Below are positions 31,057 to 40,904 of a stretch of 64,000 bases of DNA, piece by piece. Each line of letters begins with the position of its first letter. Positions within the stretch are counted from its first letter, which is position 1. A program made the position numbers and the translations under genes. Under the pieces are notes generated by a model that saw only the letters and a list, made by a program, of their open reading frames with translations, was not told the origin of the DNA and ran no database searches. Location of the stretch: assembly GCA_963813815.1 (NCBI GenBank), contig CAWFAD010000011.1:1180-65179 (forward strand). The letters run 5' to 3'. The DNA is from an uncultured bacterium (lineage in GTDB: Bacteria > Krumholzibacteriota > Krumholzibacteriia > Krumholzibacteriales > Krumholzibacteriaceae).

Positions 31057-31254
31057 GGGCGCCCCGCCCGCCCGGCGAAACTTCCGCTCCAGCGTCTTTT
31101 CCGCAGGAATCGGCCTAATCCTTGCACAAAACTTCAGTCGGACGACTCCCGGCCGGCGGGCATGGGCCGGGATTCATAATGCATTGCAATATATAATGTT
31201 ACGAAACCACCGCAAGGCGTGCGTGGCGATCTGCAATCGGAAAGGTGCAGGGCG

Positions 31255-32388
31255 ATGAACATTAAGAAGATCCTCGAGGAAATGATCAACCAGGGCGCAT
31301 CCGACCTCCATCTCAAGGCCGGGCTTCCGCCGGTCGTCCGCGTCGACGGCAAGCTGAGGCACCTCTCGCTGGAGCGTCCCTCGCCGAAGGACCTCGAGGA
31401 CGTCGCGAGCCAGATTCTCACCCCGTCGCAGAAGGACCGCTTCACGAAAACGCGCGAGGTCGATTTCGCGTTCGGCGTGGCGGGGCTCGCGCGCTTCCGC
31501 GCGAACTTCTACGTGCAGCGCGGCTCGATCGCCATGGTGTTCCGTCACGTTCCGGTGAACATCAGGAACATCGACGAGCTGTCGCTCCCCGTGATCCTCA
31601 AGGAGCTCGCGCTGCGTCCGCGCGGCCTCATCTTCGTCACAGGAACGGTCGGCAGCGGCAAGTCGACGACCCTCGCCGCGATCGTGAACGAGATCAATAA
31701 AACCGCCAACAAGAACATCATCACGGTCGAGGACCCGATCGAGTTTCTCCACCACGACGAAAAGAGCATCATCAACCAGCGCGAGATCGGCAGCGACACC
31801 ACCTCGTTTCACGAGGCGCTCCGGCACATCCTGCGCCAGGATCCCGACGTGATCCTCGTCGGCGAGATCCGCGACGCGCTGACGATGGAGATCGCGCTTA
31901 TGGCCGCCGACACCGGCCATCTCGTTCTCTCGACGCTCCACACGGTCGACGCCACGCAGACGATCAACCGCGTCATTTCGTTCTTTCCGCCCCACCAGCA
32001 TCAGGAGATCCGCTATCTCCTCGCCGCGACCCTCCAGTCGGTCGTGGCCCAGCGCCTCATTCCGATCAAGGATACGAAGGGGCGCGTGCCTGCCGTGGAA
32101 GTAATGATTGTCACCTCGACGATCCGCGAGTATATTATTGACCCTGAAAAGACGCCTCTCATCCAGCAGGCCATCCGCGAGGGCGTGACGGCGCACGGCA
32201 TGCAGAGCTTCGATCAGTCTCTCATGAAGCTCATGACCGACGGCGTCATCACGATAGAAGAGGCGCTCAGAAACAGCTCCAATCCGCACGAGTTCAGCCT
32301 GCGGATGAAGGGTATCCAGGCCACGAGCGACAAGACGTGGGAGTCGTTCGAGGGCGCGGCGAAGGGGGACGGCACGAGCGGTCTCTAG
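31255..32388 (+). CDS. pilT: twitching-motility ATPase PilT
   Basis: ATG at 31255. Walker A GTVGSGKSTT, Asp box, Walker B VILVGEIRD, His box. PilT-type length of about 377 aa. Confidence 0.85.
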   Translation: MNIKKILEEMINQGASDLHLKAGLPPVVRVDGKLRHLSLERPSPKDLEDVASQILTPSQKDRFTKTREVDFAFGVAGLARFRANFYVQRGSIAMVFRHVPVNIRNIDELSLPVILKELALRPRGLIFVTGTVGSGKSTTLAAIVNEINKTANKNIITVEDPIEFLHHDEKSIINQREIGSDTTSFHEALRHILRQDPDVILVGEIRDALTMEIALMAADTGHLVLSTLHTVDATQTINRVISFFPPHQHQEIRYLLAATLQSVVAQRLIPIKDTKGRVPAVEVMIVTSTIREYIIDPEKTPLIQQAIREGVTAHGMQSFDQSLMKLMTDGVITIEEALRNSSNPHEFSLRMKGIQATSDKTWESFEGAAKGDGTSGL

Positions 32389-32436
32389 AGTTCCCCTGAA
32401 CGAGCATCTCCGCCATCCGCGCCGGGGGGACACGGC

Positions 32437-33150
32437 GTGAAGATCGGGTATTTCGCTTCCGTCGAACAGGTCGACCGCGAATCGCTCGCCGGCGCGTGCG
32501 TCGTCGTCATCGACGTGCTGCGCGCGTCGAGCACGATTCTGGCGGCGCTCGCGAGCGGCGCCGAGCGGATCATTCCCATCGCGGACGTCGCGACGGCCTG
32601 CCGGCTGGCACGCCCCGGCGAGCACAAGGCCAAGCTCCTCGCCGGCGAGCGCCACGGGACCGCCGTCGACGGGTTCGATCTCGGCAACTCGCCGCTCGAG
32701 TTTTCTCCGCAGCGCGTGCAGGGCAAGACGATCGTGTTCACGACGACGAACGGCACGCGCGCCCTGACCGCGGCGGTCAAGGCGGATCGCGTGATCGTGG
32801 CGGGTCTCACGAACGTTCACGCCGTCGCCGAGGCGGTTCGCGGGGAGAGCACGCTTGTCGTCATCTGCTGCGGCACCGAGGGCTCCGTTGCGGCGGAGGA
32901 TCTCCTCTGCGGCGGATTGCTCCTCGAGCTCCTTGGCGATCTCGTGGACCGCGTGGCTCTGAACGACGCGGCGCGGATGTCGATGTTGTTGGCCGAGCGG
33001 TTCGGCGGGGAGGTCGAGAGCTTTCTCCGCGGCACCGATCACGGCCGCACGCTCGCCTCGCTCGGGTTCGCGGACGATATCGCCGCCTGCGCGGCGGTCG
33101 CGACGATCGATATCGTGCCCGAGTTCCGCGAGGGCGCGATCGCCCGCTAA
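32437..33150 (+). CDS. 2-phosphosulfolactate phosphatase (ComB) family protein
   Basis: 237 aa. Overall ComB-like pattern (VVVIDVLRASSTI...FTTTNGTRAL). Confidence 0.65.
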   Translation: MKIGYFASVEQVDRESLAGACVVVIDVLRASSTILAALASGAERIIPIADVATACRLARPGEHKAKLLAGERHGTAVDGFDLGNSPLEFSPQRVQGKTIVFTTTNGTRALTAAVKADRVIVAGLTNVHAVAEAVRGESTLVVICCGTEGSVAAEDLLCGGLLLELLGDLVDRVALNDAARMSMLLAERFGGEVESFLRGTDHGRTLASLGFADDIAACAAVATIDIVPEFREGAIAR

Positions 33151-33191
33151 CGGGTTGGTGCCCCCGCCCGGGCGCGGCCGGAAGGATATTC

Positions 33192-34262
33192 ATGGAAATG
33201 CAGAGCGAGCCCGATCGCGGCGCGATCGCGAGGATCATCGACGCGAACGCCAACCGCGCCGCCGAGGGAGTGCGGGTGGTCGAGGAGATCGCGCGCTTCT
33301 CGCTCCGGGAGGAGACGCTCACGGCGCGTCTCAAGGATCTCCGCCACGAGATTCGCGCCGCCGCGGGCGGAATCGCCGCGGGGGCGATCCGTCACCGCGA
33401 CGCCGCCGCCGACGTGGGGAGGGAGAGCGCCACCGCCTCCGAGCTCTCGCGCGGATCGATCGGGGTCGTAGCGCGGGCGAACTTCTCGCGGGCGCAGGAG
33501 GCGCTCCGCGTTCTCGAGGAGTTCGGAAAGCTCGTCGACGAAGAGGCCTCGCGCCGTTTCAAGCGGATCCGCTTCGAGCTCTACTCGATCGAGCGGACCT
33601 TTCTCGGGGTCTCATCCGTCGCTTCCGCGCTGCCCGGCCGCCCCTTCCTCTATCCGATCCTCGACCGCTCACTCGTCGCCCCGCGCGACGTGCCGGCCGC
33701 CGCCGCGGCGCTCGTCGCGGGCGGCGCGGGGATCATCCAGTACCGCGCGAAGGGCGTCGATCGATCGGCGATGCGGCGCGACCTCGCGGGGATCATCGCC
33801 GCCGCCCGTCCCGCGGCCGTTCCGGTCGTCGTGAACGACGACGTGGAGCTCGCCGTCGAGACGGGGGCCGAGGGAGCGCACATCGGCGCGGCCGACATGG
33901 ATCCCGCGGAAGCCCGCGCGATCCTCGGCCCGCTCGCCATCCTCGGCGTCACCGTGATCGATCCCGACGATCTCGCCGGCGTGCCGGTGGAGAAGGTGAG
34001 CTACGTCGCCGTCGGCCCGGTTTTCGCCTCGCCGACGAAGCCGGAAGTCGCCCCGGTCGGTCTCGACGCCGTCAGGCGCGCGCGTCGGCGCGTCGGGACG
34101 GGGCTCGTCGCGATCGGGGGGATCACGCCGTCGAACGCCGCCTCCGTCATCGCCGCGGGAGCGGACGGAATCGCCGTCGTATCGGCGCTTCTCTGCGGCG
34201 ACATCAGGAAAAACTGCTTTACCTTCCTCTCCGTCATTGGTACAAAAGGGGAATGCGGATAA
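33192..34262 (+). CDS. thiE: thiamine-phosphate synthase with about 170-aa N-terminal extension domain
   Basis: ATG at 33192. The C-terminal half carries ThiE motifs (ILQYRAKG, VVNDDVELA, AHIGAADM, VAVGPVFASPTKP, IGGI). The N-terminal half is a ThiE-associated domain of the kind found fused in some thermophile ThiE proteins. Confidence 0.7.
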   Translation: MEMQSEPDRGAIARIIDANANRAAEGVRVVEEIARFSLREETLTARLKDLRHEIRAAAGGIAAGAIRHRDAAADVGRESATASELSRGSIGVVARANFSRAQEALRVLEEFGKLVDEEASRRFKRIRFELYSIERTFLGVSSVASALPGRPFLYPILDRSLVAPRDVPAAAAALVAGGAGIIQYRAKGVDRSAMRRDLAGIIAAARPAAVPVVVNDDVELAVETGAEGAHIGAADMDPAEARAILGPLAILGVTVIDPDDLAGVPVEKVSYVAVGPVFASPTKPEVAPVGLDAVRRARRRVGTGLVAIGGITPSNAASVIAAGADGIAVVSALLCGDIRKNCFTFLSVIGTKGECG

Positions 34263-36442
34263 CGAAGGGTGTTCTTCTCCTCATTCTCGGCGGCTTTCTG
34301 GCGGTCGCCCTCGCGTCGCACCACGAGACGGACTGGGGAGAGTTCTGGCGGGTAGAGAATCTCTGCGGGCCCGCCGGCGCGGCGATCGCCGGCTCGCTCC
34401 GGATCCTCTTCGGCCCCGTCTTCGCGTGGTTCTGGCCGCTCCTCGTCGTTTTCTTCGCGGTTCTGGCCTTTAAGGACATTGACGCCCGCTCGCAGCTCCG
34501 GCGAGTCGTTTGCTCCGCCTTCCTGCTGACGGCCGCCGCCGCGACGGCGGCGACATTCAGCGGGAAGAGCGGTGGGGGAATCGTCGGAGCCAAGACGCTC
34601 GCCTTTCTCCGCCTCCTCGTCGGCCGCGTCGGTTCGGTGTTCGCGCTCTTCGCGGCGCTCCTTTTCTTCGCGTTCCTCCTCTTTCCGGGAAGCGTCGAGA
34701 CTCTCCTCGGCGCCATGCGCCATCTGCGCCTGCCGCGCATTGCGCTGCCCTCGGTGGCCGGAGGCGGGGGAAAGAAGGCGGAGCGTCGGAAGAAGGAGCA
34801 GGGCGCCGGCGTGCCCGAGATCCCCGTGATCGTCGAGGGCGAGGGCGGAAGGAGGCCCCGGCGCCCGCGCGGGGAGCGCGCGGAGGAGCCGGTGGAGGAG
34901 GCGAGGCCCCCGAAGATCACCATGGCTCCCGTCCCGCCGCCGCGCCGCGAGGCGCCCGCGGCGCCTCTCCTCGACGAGCTTCCGCCGCCGATATCGCCGG
35001 AATCGGGGGAGATTCCGCTTCCTGATCTCTCGCTCCTCGACGATCGCGAGTCGCGCGGCGTTTCCTACAGCAAGAACGATCTGCTGGCGCGATCCGAGAT
35101 CATCGAGCGCAAGCTCCGCGATTACGGACTCGACGGCAAGATACAGGAGGTCCGCCCGGGCCCCGTCGTCACGACCTTCGAGTTCGTTCCGGCGGCCGCC
35201 GTCAAGGTGAGCCAGATCGCGAGCCGCGCGGACGACATATCGCTCGCGCTCGCGGCGCGCTCGATCCGCATTCAAGCGCCGATTCCGGGGCGCGGCGCGG
35301 TCGGCATCGAAGTGCCGAATCCCGAGCCGAGCGTCGTCTCGCTCAAGGAGCTTCTCCAGCAGTACCCCGAGGGGAAGGACGGACTCGTCATCGCGCTCGG
35401 CAAAACGGTGACGGGCGAGTCGTATTTCACCGATCTCGCGGACATGCCGCACCTCCTCATCGCGGGGGCGACGGGAAGCGGGAAGAGCGTGTGCATCAAC
35501 ACGATCATCTGCAGCCTGCTGTTCCACCACACGCCCGCCACCTGCAAGTTCATACTCGTCGATCCGAAGAGGCTCGAGCTCATCTCGTACAACGATATTC
35601 CGCATCTGCTGCACCCCGTCATCACCGAGGCGAAGACGGTGCTCAAGGTGCTCCAATGGCTCACGAACGAAATGGATCGCCGGTACAAGCTCCTCGCCTC
35701 GGTCGCCGTCAAGAACATTCAGGGTTTCAACCGCAAGGTGGCCGAGGAGGAGATCGTTTCGCCGCAGACGGGCGAGCGTCTCACGCGGCTGCCGTACTAC
35801 GTGACGATCATCGACGAGCTCGCCGACATCATGGTTCTCATGGGAAACGAGATCTATCCGCCGATCACGAGGCTCTCGCAAATGGCCCGCGCGGTGGGGA
35901 TCCACCTCGTCTTCGCCACGCAGCGACCCTCCGTCGACGTCGTCACGGGGCTCATCAAGGCGAACTTCCCCGCCCGCATCGCGTTTCAGGTCTCCTCCAA
36001 GACCGACTCGCGCACGATTCTCGACGCGAACGGCGGGGAGAAGCTCCTCGGCAACGGCGACATGCTCTACCTGCCCAAGAATCTGCCGAGCCCGGTTCGT
36101 CTCCAGGGCGCGTTCATCTCCGAGTCCGAGACGGAGCGCGTCGCGAGCTACTGGCGCACGCGCGCCCACGCCGAGGAGCAACTCGATCTCACCGAGGAGG
36201 CGGCGGCGTCGGCGCCGGACGACGACGCGCCGATCGACGACGACCTGTACCAGAAGGCTCGCGGGCTCGTCATCATCCACCAGCAGGGCTCCATATCGCT
36301 CCTCCAGCGGCGCCTGCGCGTCGGGTACGCTCGGGCCGCCCGCCTCATCGACATGCTCGAGCAGGCGGGCGTCGTCGGCCCCTTCGAGGGGAGCAAGGCG
36401 CGTCGCGTTCTCGTCGGCCGCGAGGAATATGATGAACGCTGA
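34253..36442 (+). CDS. ftsK: DNA translocase FtsK
   Basis: ATG at 34253 overlaps the thiE end. N-terminal TM helices, a Pro/Arg/Glu-rich linker, a motor domain with Walker A GATGSGKS, and a C-terminal gamma winged-helix domain. Confidence 0.85.
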   Translation: MRITKGVLLLILGGFLAVALASHHETDWGEFWRVENLCGPAGAAIAGSLRILFGPVFAWFWPLLVVFFAVLAFKDIDARSQLRRVVCSAFLLTAAAATAATFSGKSGGGIVGAKTLAFLRLLVGRVGSVFALFAALLFFAFLLFPGSVETLLGAMRHLRLPRIALPSVAGGGGKKAERRKKEQGAGVPEIPVIVEGEGGRRPRRPRGERAEEPVEEARPPKITMAPVPPPRREAPAAPLLDELPPPISPESGEIPLPDLSLLDDRESRGVSYSKNDLLARSEIIERKLRDYGLDGKIQEVRPGPVVTTFEFVPAAAVKVSQIASRADDISLALAARSIRIQAPIPGRGAVGIEVPNPEPSVVSLKELLQQYPEGKDGLVIALGKTVTGESYFTDLADMPHLLIAGATGSGKSVCINTIICSLLFHHTPATCKFILVDPKRLELISYNDIPHLLHPVITEAKTVLKVLQWLTNEMDRRYKLLASVAVKNIQGFNRKVAEEEIVSPQTGERLTRLPYYVTIIDELADIMVLMGNEIYPPITRLSQMARAVGIHLVFATQRPSVDVVTGLIKANFPARIAFQVSSKTDSRTILDANGGEKLLGNGDMLYLPKNLPSPVRLQGAFISESETERVASYWRTRAHAEEQLDLTEEAAASAPDDDAPIDDDLYQKARGLVIIHQQGSISLLQRRLRVGYARAARLIDMLEQAGVVGPFEGSKARRVLVGREEYDER

Positions 36443-37805
36443 TACGCCCCTTGATCGCACCTACCGGTTCATCAATCTCGGCTGCTCCAAGAATCTCGTC
36501 GACGCCGAGCGAGTTGCCTCGCTCCTCGAGAGCGACGGATGGCGCGAGACCCCCGCGGTCGAGGAAGCGTCGCTTCTCGTCCTCACGACCTGCGCCTTCA
36601 TTGCGAGCGCGCGCGAGGAGTCGGTCGATGAAATCGTGCAGGCCGTGGCTTCGCGTCGGCCCGGGCAGCGCATCGCCGTCCTCGGCTGCCTCGTGACCCG
36701 CGAGGGGGCCGACACGCTGCGGCGTCTTCTCCCCGAAGTGGAGGTCTTCTGCGACGTCGCCGAGATGATGGAGCTTCCCTCGCGGCTCGCGGGCTCGACG
36801 GCGCCGCGTCCTCCGCGCTCGCCGGGAGAGGGCGGGGGCTGCCCGGTCATCACCGCCCCGCGCAAGCTCTTCACGTTGCCCCACCTCGCGTATCTCAAGG
36901 TGGCGGACGGCTGCTCGAACGGCTGCACCTACTGCACGATTCCCTCGATTCGGGGGCCGCTCGCGAGCCGGACGAGGCGGGAGGCGGTGGAGGAGGCGCG
37001 CGAGCTCGCCGGGATGGGCGTGCGCGAGCTCGTCGTCGTGGCGCAGGATACGACCGCGTGGGGCTTCGATCGCGGCGGAGACGAGCGGGTGTACGATCTC
37101 ATCGAGGAGATCGCGGGCCTCGGCCGCTTCGACTGGATCCGGCTTCTCTACGCGCACCCGGCGCATATCGATCCCGCGCGGATCGTTCCGCTCATCAAGG
37201 GTGGCGCTCTCGTCCCCTATATCGACATGCCGATTCAGCACGCCTCCGATCGCGTGCTCGAGCTCATGGGCCGCACGTACACGCGCCGCTCGCTCGAGAG
37301 CCTTCTCGATGCGCTCCGCTCGGGAGTCGGCGATCTCGTGCTCCGCACGACGGTTCTCGTCGGGTTTCCGGGCGAGCGGGAGAGCGATTTCCGCGAGCTC
37401 CTCTCGTTCATCGAGGAAGCGGCGTTCGACCACGTGGGAGTCTTCGCCTACTCGCGCGAAAGCGGGACTCGGGCGGCCTCGCTCGGAAACCGGGTGAGCG
37501 CGCGGGTGGCCGCGCAGCGGCGGGACGAAATTCTCGAGCTCCAGATGGAGATCTCGGAGGAACGCCTCGCCTCGCGCGTCGGCGCGGAGCTCGACGTTCT
37601 CGTCGACGAGGAGATTCCGGACGAGGAGCGCCCGGAGGACGCGTTCACCCTCGCGGGGCGTTTCTACGGACAGACGCACGAGGTCGACGGAGTGACGTAC
37701 ATCGGCGGGGCGTCGTCGCGCCCGGGCGAGTTTGTCCGCGCCCGCGTCGTCAAGGCCGGGCCCTACGATCTCTTCGCGGAGGCGCTTCCGGGAGATTTCC
37801 GTTGA
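36429..37805 (+). CDS. rimO: MiaB-family methylthiotransferase, RimO-like (ribosomal protein S12 methylthiotransferase)
   Basis: N-terminal MTTase domain, radical SAM CSNGCTYC, C-terminal TRAM-like domain. The RimO versus MiaB call rests on length and N-terminal pattern. Confidence 0.65.
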   Translation: MMNADTPLDRTYRFINLGCSKNLVDAERVASLLESDGWRETPAVEEASLLVLTTCAFIASAREESVDEIVQAVASRRPGQRIAVLGCLVTREGADTLRRLLPEVEVFCDVAEMMELPSRLAGSTAPRPPRSPGEGGGCPVITAPRKLFTLPHLAYLKVADGCSNGCTYCTIPSIRGPLASRTRREAVEEARELAGMGVRELVVVAQDTTAWGFDRGGDERVYDLIEEIAGLGRFDWIRLLYAHPAHIDPARIVPLIKGGALVPYIDMPIQHASDRVLELMGRTYTRRSLESLLDALRSGVGDLVLRTTVLVGFPGERESDFRELLSFIEEAAFDHVGVFAYSRESGTRAASLGNRVSARVAAQRRDEILELQMEISEERLASRVGAELDVLVDEEIPDEERPEDAFTLAGRFYGQTHEVDGVTYIGGASSRPGEFVRARVVKAGPYDLFAEALPGDFR

Positions 37806-37840
37806 CATTTTACCGCAATTGCAGATGATTATTAGGGTTA
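37803..37840 (+). promoter_or_regulatory. sigma-70-like promoter candidate TTGACA-N17-ATGATTATTA upstream of the secreted-protein gene
   Basis: TTGACATTTTACCGCAATTGCAGATGATTATTAGGG read directly from the sequence, in an AT-rich intergenic region. Confidence 0.25.
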
Positions 37841-37937
37841 TCGTATTTTTCGAAGCGTTCGGCGCAAGCCGTATTCCCGACTGGTCTTAAGGCGCGGAGG
37901 TAACTTCTTGTATTCCTTCTCACCAGAGAGGCCGTTC

Positions 37938-38597
37938 ATGAAGGTTCTCTCGCTGGCGCTGCTCTGCGCGCTCGTCGCGCTCGAGGCCGCGCCGGCCGTC
38001 GCGGGATCCTCCGGGGCGGCCGTCCCGACGAACTACGACGTGCTGCGGTCGATATCCGAGGAGGCGGCGCGAGGCATCGTCGCGGCCGTCGTTTCCGCGC
38101 CGCCGGAGAACATCGTCCGTCTCTCGAAGAACAAGGGAGCCGGCGATGCCGATTTTCTGCTGGAGAACGCCTTCATCGATCAGCTGCGGGAGGCCGGGAT
38201 CAGGGCCGGTTTCGACGCGAAGCAGGATGCCGCCGCCGACACGGGTTCCTTCGTCCTCTCGTATCAGGTGATCCGCCTCGATATGCGGTACACGAGGATA
38301 TCGAGGCGCTACTGGTTCGGGCCGAAGGAGGTCGCGCGGGAGGCCCGCGCGGACGTCGTGGCCCGGCTCATCGACCGCCGCACGGGGGACGTTCTCTGGA
38401 TGCGCGAGGGAAGCGGCCGGTACGAGGACGTCATATCGTATTCGCTCCTCAAGAGGGTCGAGGAGGAGCAGTACAAGTTCACGCAGCCGCCGCGAACGGA
38501 GTTCAAGATGTCGCGCATCATAGAGCCCGTGATCGTGGCGGGGGTCGTGATCGGTCTCGTGGCGCTCTTTTTCTCCAACCAGAGCAGCAATGATTAA
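37938..38597 (+). CDS. hypothetical secreted protein
   Basis: ATG at 37938. Signal peptide MKVLSLALLCALVALEAAPAVAG. Sits downstream of an AT-rich promoter-like region. Confidence 0.35.
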   Translation: MKVLSLALLCALVALEAAPAVAGSSGAAVPTNYDVLRSISEEAARGIVAAVVSAPPENIVRLSKNKGAGDADFLLENAFIDQLREAGIRAGFDAKQDAAADTGSFVLSYQVIRLDMRYTRISRRYWFGPKEVAREARADVVARLIDRRTGDVLWMREGSGRYEDVISYSLLKRVEEEQYKFTQPPRTEFKMSRIIEPVIVAGVVIGLVALFFSNQSSND

Positions 38598-39540
38598 CGG
38601 AGCTTTCACAACGGCCGTCGGGCGCGCTTTCGCCCCCCGCGCGGCGCGGGCGGCGGTCGTGCTCCTGCTCCTCTCCGCGCTCGCCTCGTGCGGCGCCGAT
38701 CCGGCGCTCGAGCGCGCGCAGCGCGAGTACGACGCGGGAAGGTACCGCGACGCGGCGGCCATCATCCGGCTCCATCTCAAGAAGGGGGGGGAGAAGACCC
38801 CCGAGATCCTGTTCCTCGCGGGTTCGGCGTGGCTGCGCGCGGGGAGCGAGGCCGAGGCGCAGAGCGCTTTCGACGAATGCCGGGCCGCCGATCCGTCCCG
38901 CGCGGGATCGATCGCCGATTTTCTGCGGGAGGAGGCTCTCGCCGCCCTCGGCGGCGGGGACGCCGCCCGCGGCAAGCGTCTCATGAGCCTCGCCGTCGGC
39001 TACCGGCCGGGCACCGATTTCGGGAAGCAAAACGTCGCAGCGGCCGAGATCTTTCTCGATCGCCGCGATTTCGCTCAGGCGATCACGTACCTCGAGCGGT
39101 TCGTGCGGGAGGAGCCCGACGATCCGCGCGCCGCGGAGGCGTTCATCGACCTCGCCGCGGCGTATCAGAAAAACGGGCAGAGCGGTCGGGCCATCGAGGT
39201 CTACCGGACGTTTCAGGAGCGGTATCCGCGGAGCCGGCTCGCCTCCGACGCCGCATGGGAGCTCGAGGGCCTTCTCCTGCGCGAGGCGGAGGAGCGCGCC
39301 TCATCGGGCGGGGCCGCCGAGGCGGAGTCGATGCTCGTCGATCTCTCCGCGACGGCGACGAGCCCCATCGTGAAAGACCGGGGAAACTTCTTGCTCGGAG
39401 AGCTCTGCGAGGCGCGCGGCGACGCGCGGGCCGCGGTGCGATACTATCGAGCCGTCGTCGACGCCGGAACGGGCGGGCGGCTCATCGACAAGGCAAAGGA
39501 GCGAATTGAAAAGCTGGAGATATCCACGCGGCGCCGCTAG
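38590..39540 (+). CDS. TPR-like outer-membrane lipoprotein
   Basis: Lipobox LASCG. TPR-like helical repeats. 316 aa. Confidence 0.5.
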   Translation: MINGAFTTAVGRAFAPRAARAAVVLLLLSALASCGADPALERAQREYDAGRYRDAAAIIRLHLKKGGEKTPEILFLAGSAWLRAGSEAEAQSAFDECRAADPSRAGSIADFLREEALAALGGGDAARGKRLMSLAVGYRPGTDFGKQNVAAAEIFLDRRDFAQAITYLERFVREEPDDPRAAEAFIDLAAAYQKNGQSGRAIEVYRTFQERYPRSRLASDAAWELEGLLLREAEERASSGGAAEAESMLVDLSATATSPIVKDRGNFLLGELCEARGDARAAVRYYRAVVDAGTGGRLIDKAKERIEKLEISTRRR

Positions 39541-39541
39541 G

Positions 39542-40321
39542 GTGCCACTCGTCGCGGCGCTCGCCGCGGCGTTGCTCGTCTCGTCGTGCGGCGGCCCGTA
39601 TACGCCGAAGCGGATCAGCGTCGCGGGCGACAAGATCGCTCTCGCCGACCGGCTCTTCGATCGCGGCAAATTCGGCGACGCGGCGGTCGAGTACAAGGAT
39701 TTTCTCGCGACCTTCGCCGGGGACGACAGAAGCGACTACGCGCAATTCCGCCTCGCCGAGTCGTACCGGCGCGACAAGCAGTACGCCCTCGCCGAGGTGG
39801 AGTGCCGGATCCTCATCAACGAGTTCGGATACAGCCAGTACGTGGACGACGCCTTCTATCTCGAGTCCGTGAGCGCCCTGCGGCAGGCGCCGCGCATCGA
39901 GCGGGATCAGAGCAAGGCGTACGAGGCGCTCACGCGCCTGCAGCGATTTCTGGAGACCTTCCCCGCGAGCGATCGCACCGCCGAGGCGAAGGCGACGCTC
40001 GCCGAGATCCACGACCGGCTCGGGCACAAGGAGTTTCTCAACGCGCGCCTCTACATCTCGCGGAAGGCGCACGACGCGGCGCTCGTTTACATCGACAAGG
40101 TGATCGACGTGTATCCGGCGACGACCTGGGCCGCGCGATGCCTCTACTACCGCGGACAGATCAAGGAGCTCCGGGGGGACGCGGCCGGAGCGGTGGACGA
40201 CTACCGCGCCGTCGCGGCCTCGAAGGGGGACGTGCCCGAGCGGGCGGACGCGCGCGCGCGGCTTGAGGCCCTCGCGGCGCGGGCGGGGGGAGCAAAGCCG
40301 GATGACGGCGGCGCGAACTGA
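39542..40321 (+). CDS. bamD: outer-membrane protein assembly factor BamD-like TPR lipoprotein
   Basis: GTG at 39542 gives the signal MPLVAALAAALLVSSCGG (lipobox). The body has a BamD/YfiO-like TPR pattern (FDRGKFGDAAVEYKDF...AESYRR...AL). The alternative TTG at 39506 would overlap the upstream gene. Confidence 0.55.
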   Translation: MPLVAALAAALLVSSCGGPYTPKRISVAGDKIALADRLFDRGKFGDAAVEYKDFLATFAGDDRSDYAQFRLAESYRRDKQYALAEVECRILINEFGYSQYVDDAFYLESVSALRQAPRIERDQSKAYEALTRLQRFLETFPASDRTAEAKATLAEIHDRLGHKEFLNARLYISRKAHDAALVYIDKVIDVYPATTWAARCLYYRGQIKELRGDAAGAVDDYRAVAASKGDVPERADARARLEALAARAGGAKPDDGGAN

Positions 40322-40898
40322 GAAGATAGGTCTTTTCGGCGGCTCGTTCGATCCGATCCACACGGGGCACCTCATCTTCGCCGAGGCTGCGGTCAACGCC
40401 GCCGGCCTCGACCGCGTGCTCTTCATACCGACGGCGTCGCCTCCCCACAAGCCGTCCGGGGCCTTGAGCGATTTTGCGCTTCGAACCGAGATGGTGAGAC
40501 TCGCGATCGCAGGCAACGCGCGCTTCGAGCTGAGCCTCGCCGAATCGTCTCCGGAGGTTTCCTTCACGTACCGGACGATAGCGTCGTTCGCGGAGCGGGG
40601 TTTCGGGAGGGGCGACGTTCATCTTCTCGTCGGAAGCGACAGCCTCGGCGAGATGCTCGGCTGGAGGAACCCCGGCGAGATATTCTCGCGGGCGACGCTC
40701 GTCGTGCTCATGAGGCCGGGGCACGAGCGGCTTCCGGCGCTCCCGCCGGGGGCGGCCGTGATCTGCGTGACGGAGGGGATGAACGCCATCTCCTCGAGCG
40801 CGATACGCCGCCTGCGAGCCGAGGGGAAATCGATCCGGTACCTCGTCCCCGAGGCGGTCGAGCGATACATCGAGGAACGCTTCCTCTACCGCCCGTGA
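40302..40898 (+). CDS. nadD: nicotinate-nucleotide adenylyltransferase
   Basis: IGLFGGSFDPIHTGHL (HxGH) and the SSSAIR C-terminal motif. Start chosen at the internal ATG at 40302. Confidence 0.8.
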   Translation: MTAARTEKIGLFGGSFDPIHTGHLIFAEAAVNAAGLDRVLFIPTASPPHKPSGALSDFALRTEMVRLAIAGNARFELSLAESSPEVSFTYRTIASFAERGFGRGDVHLLVGSDSLGEMLGWRNPGEIFSRATLVVLMRPGHERLPALPPGAAVICVTEGMNAISSSAIRRLRAEGKSIRYLVPEAVERYIEERFLYRP

Positions 40899-40904
40899 GG
40901 CGTC

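Noticed and set aside
39506-39541. TTG start at 39506 for the BamD-like gene
   Set aside because: It would overlap the upstream gene by 35 nt and prepend a non-signal-like MKSWRYPRGAAR. The in-frame GTG at 39542 gives a clean lipoprotein signal peptide.
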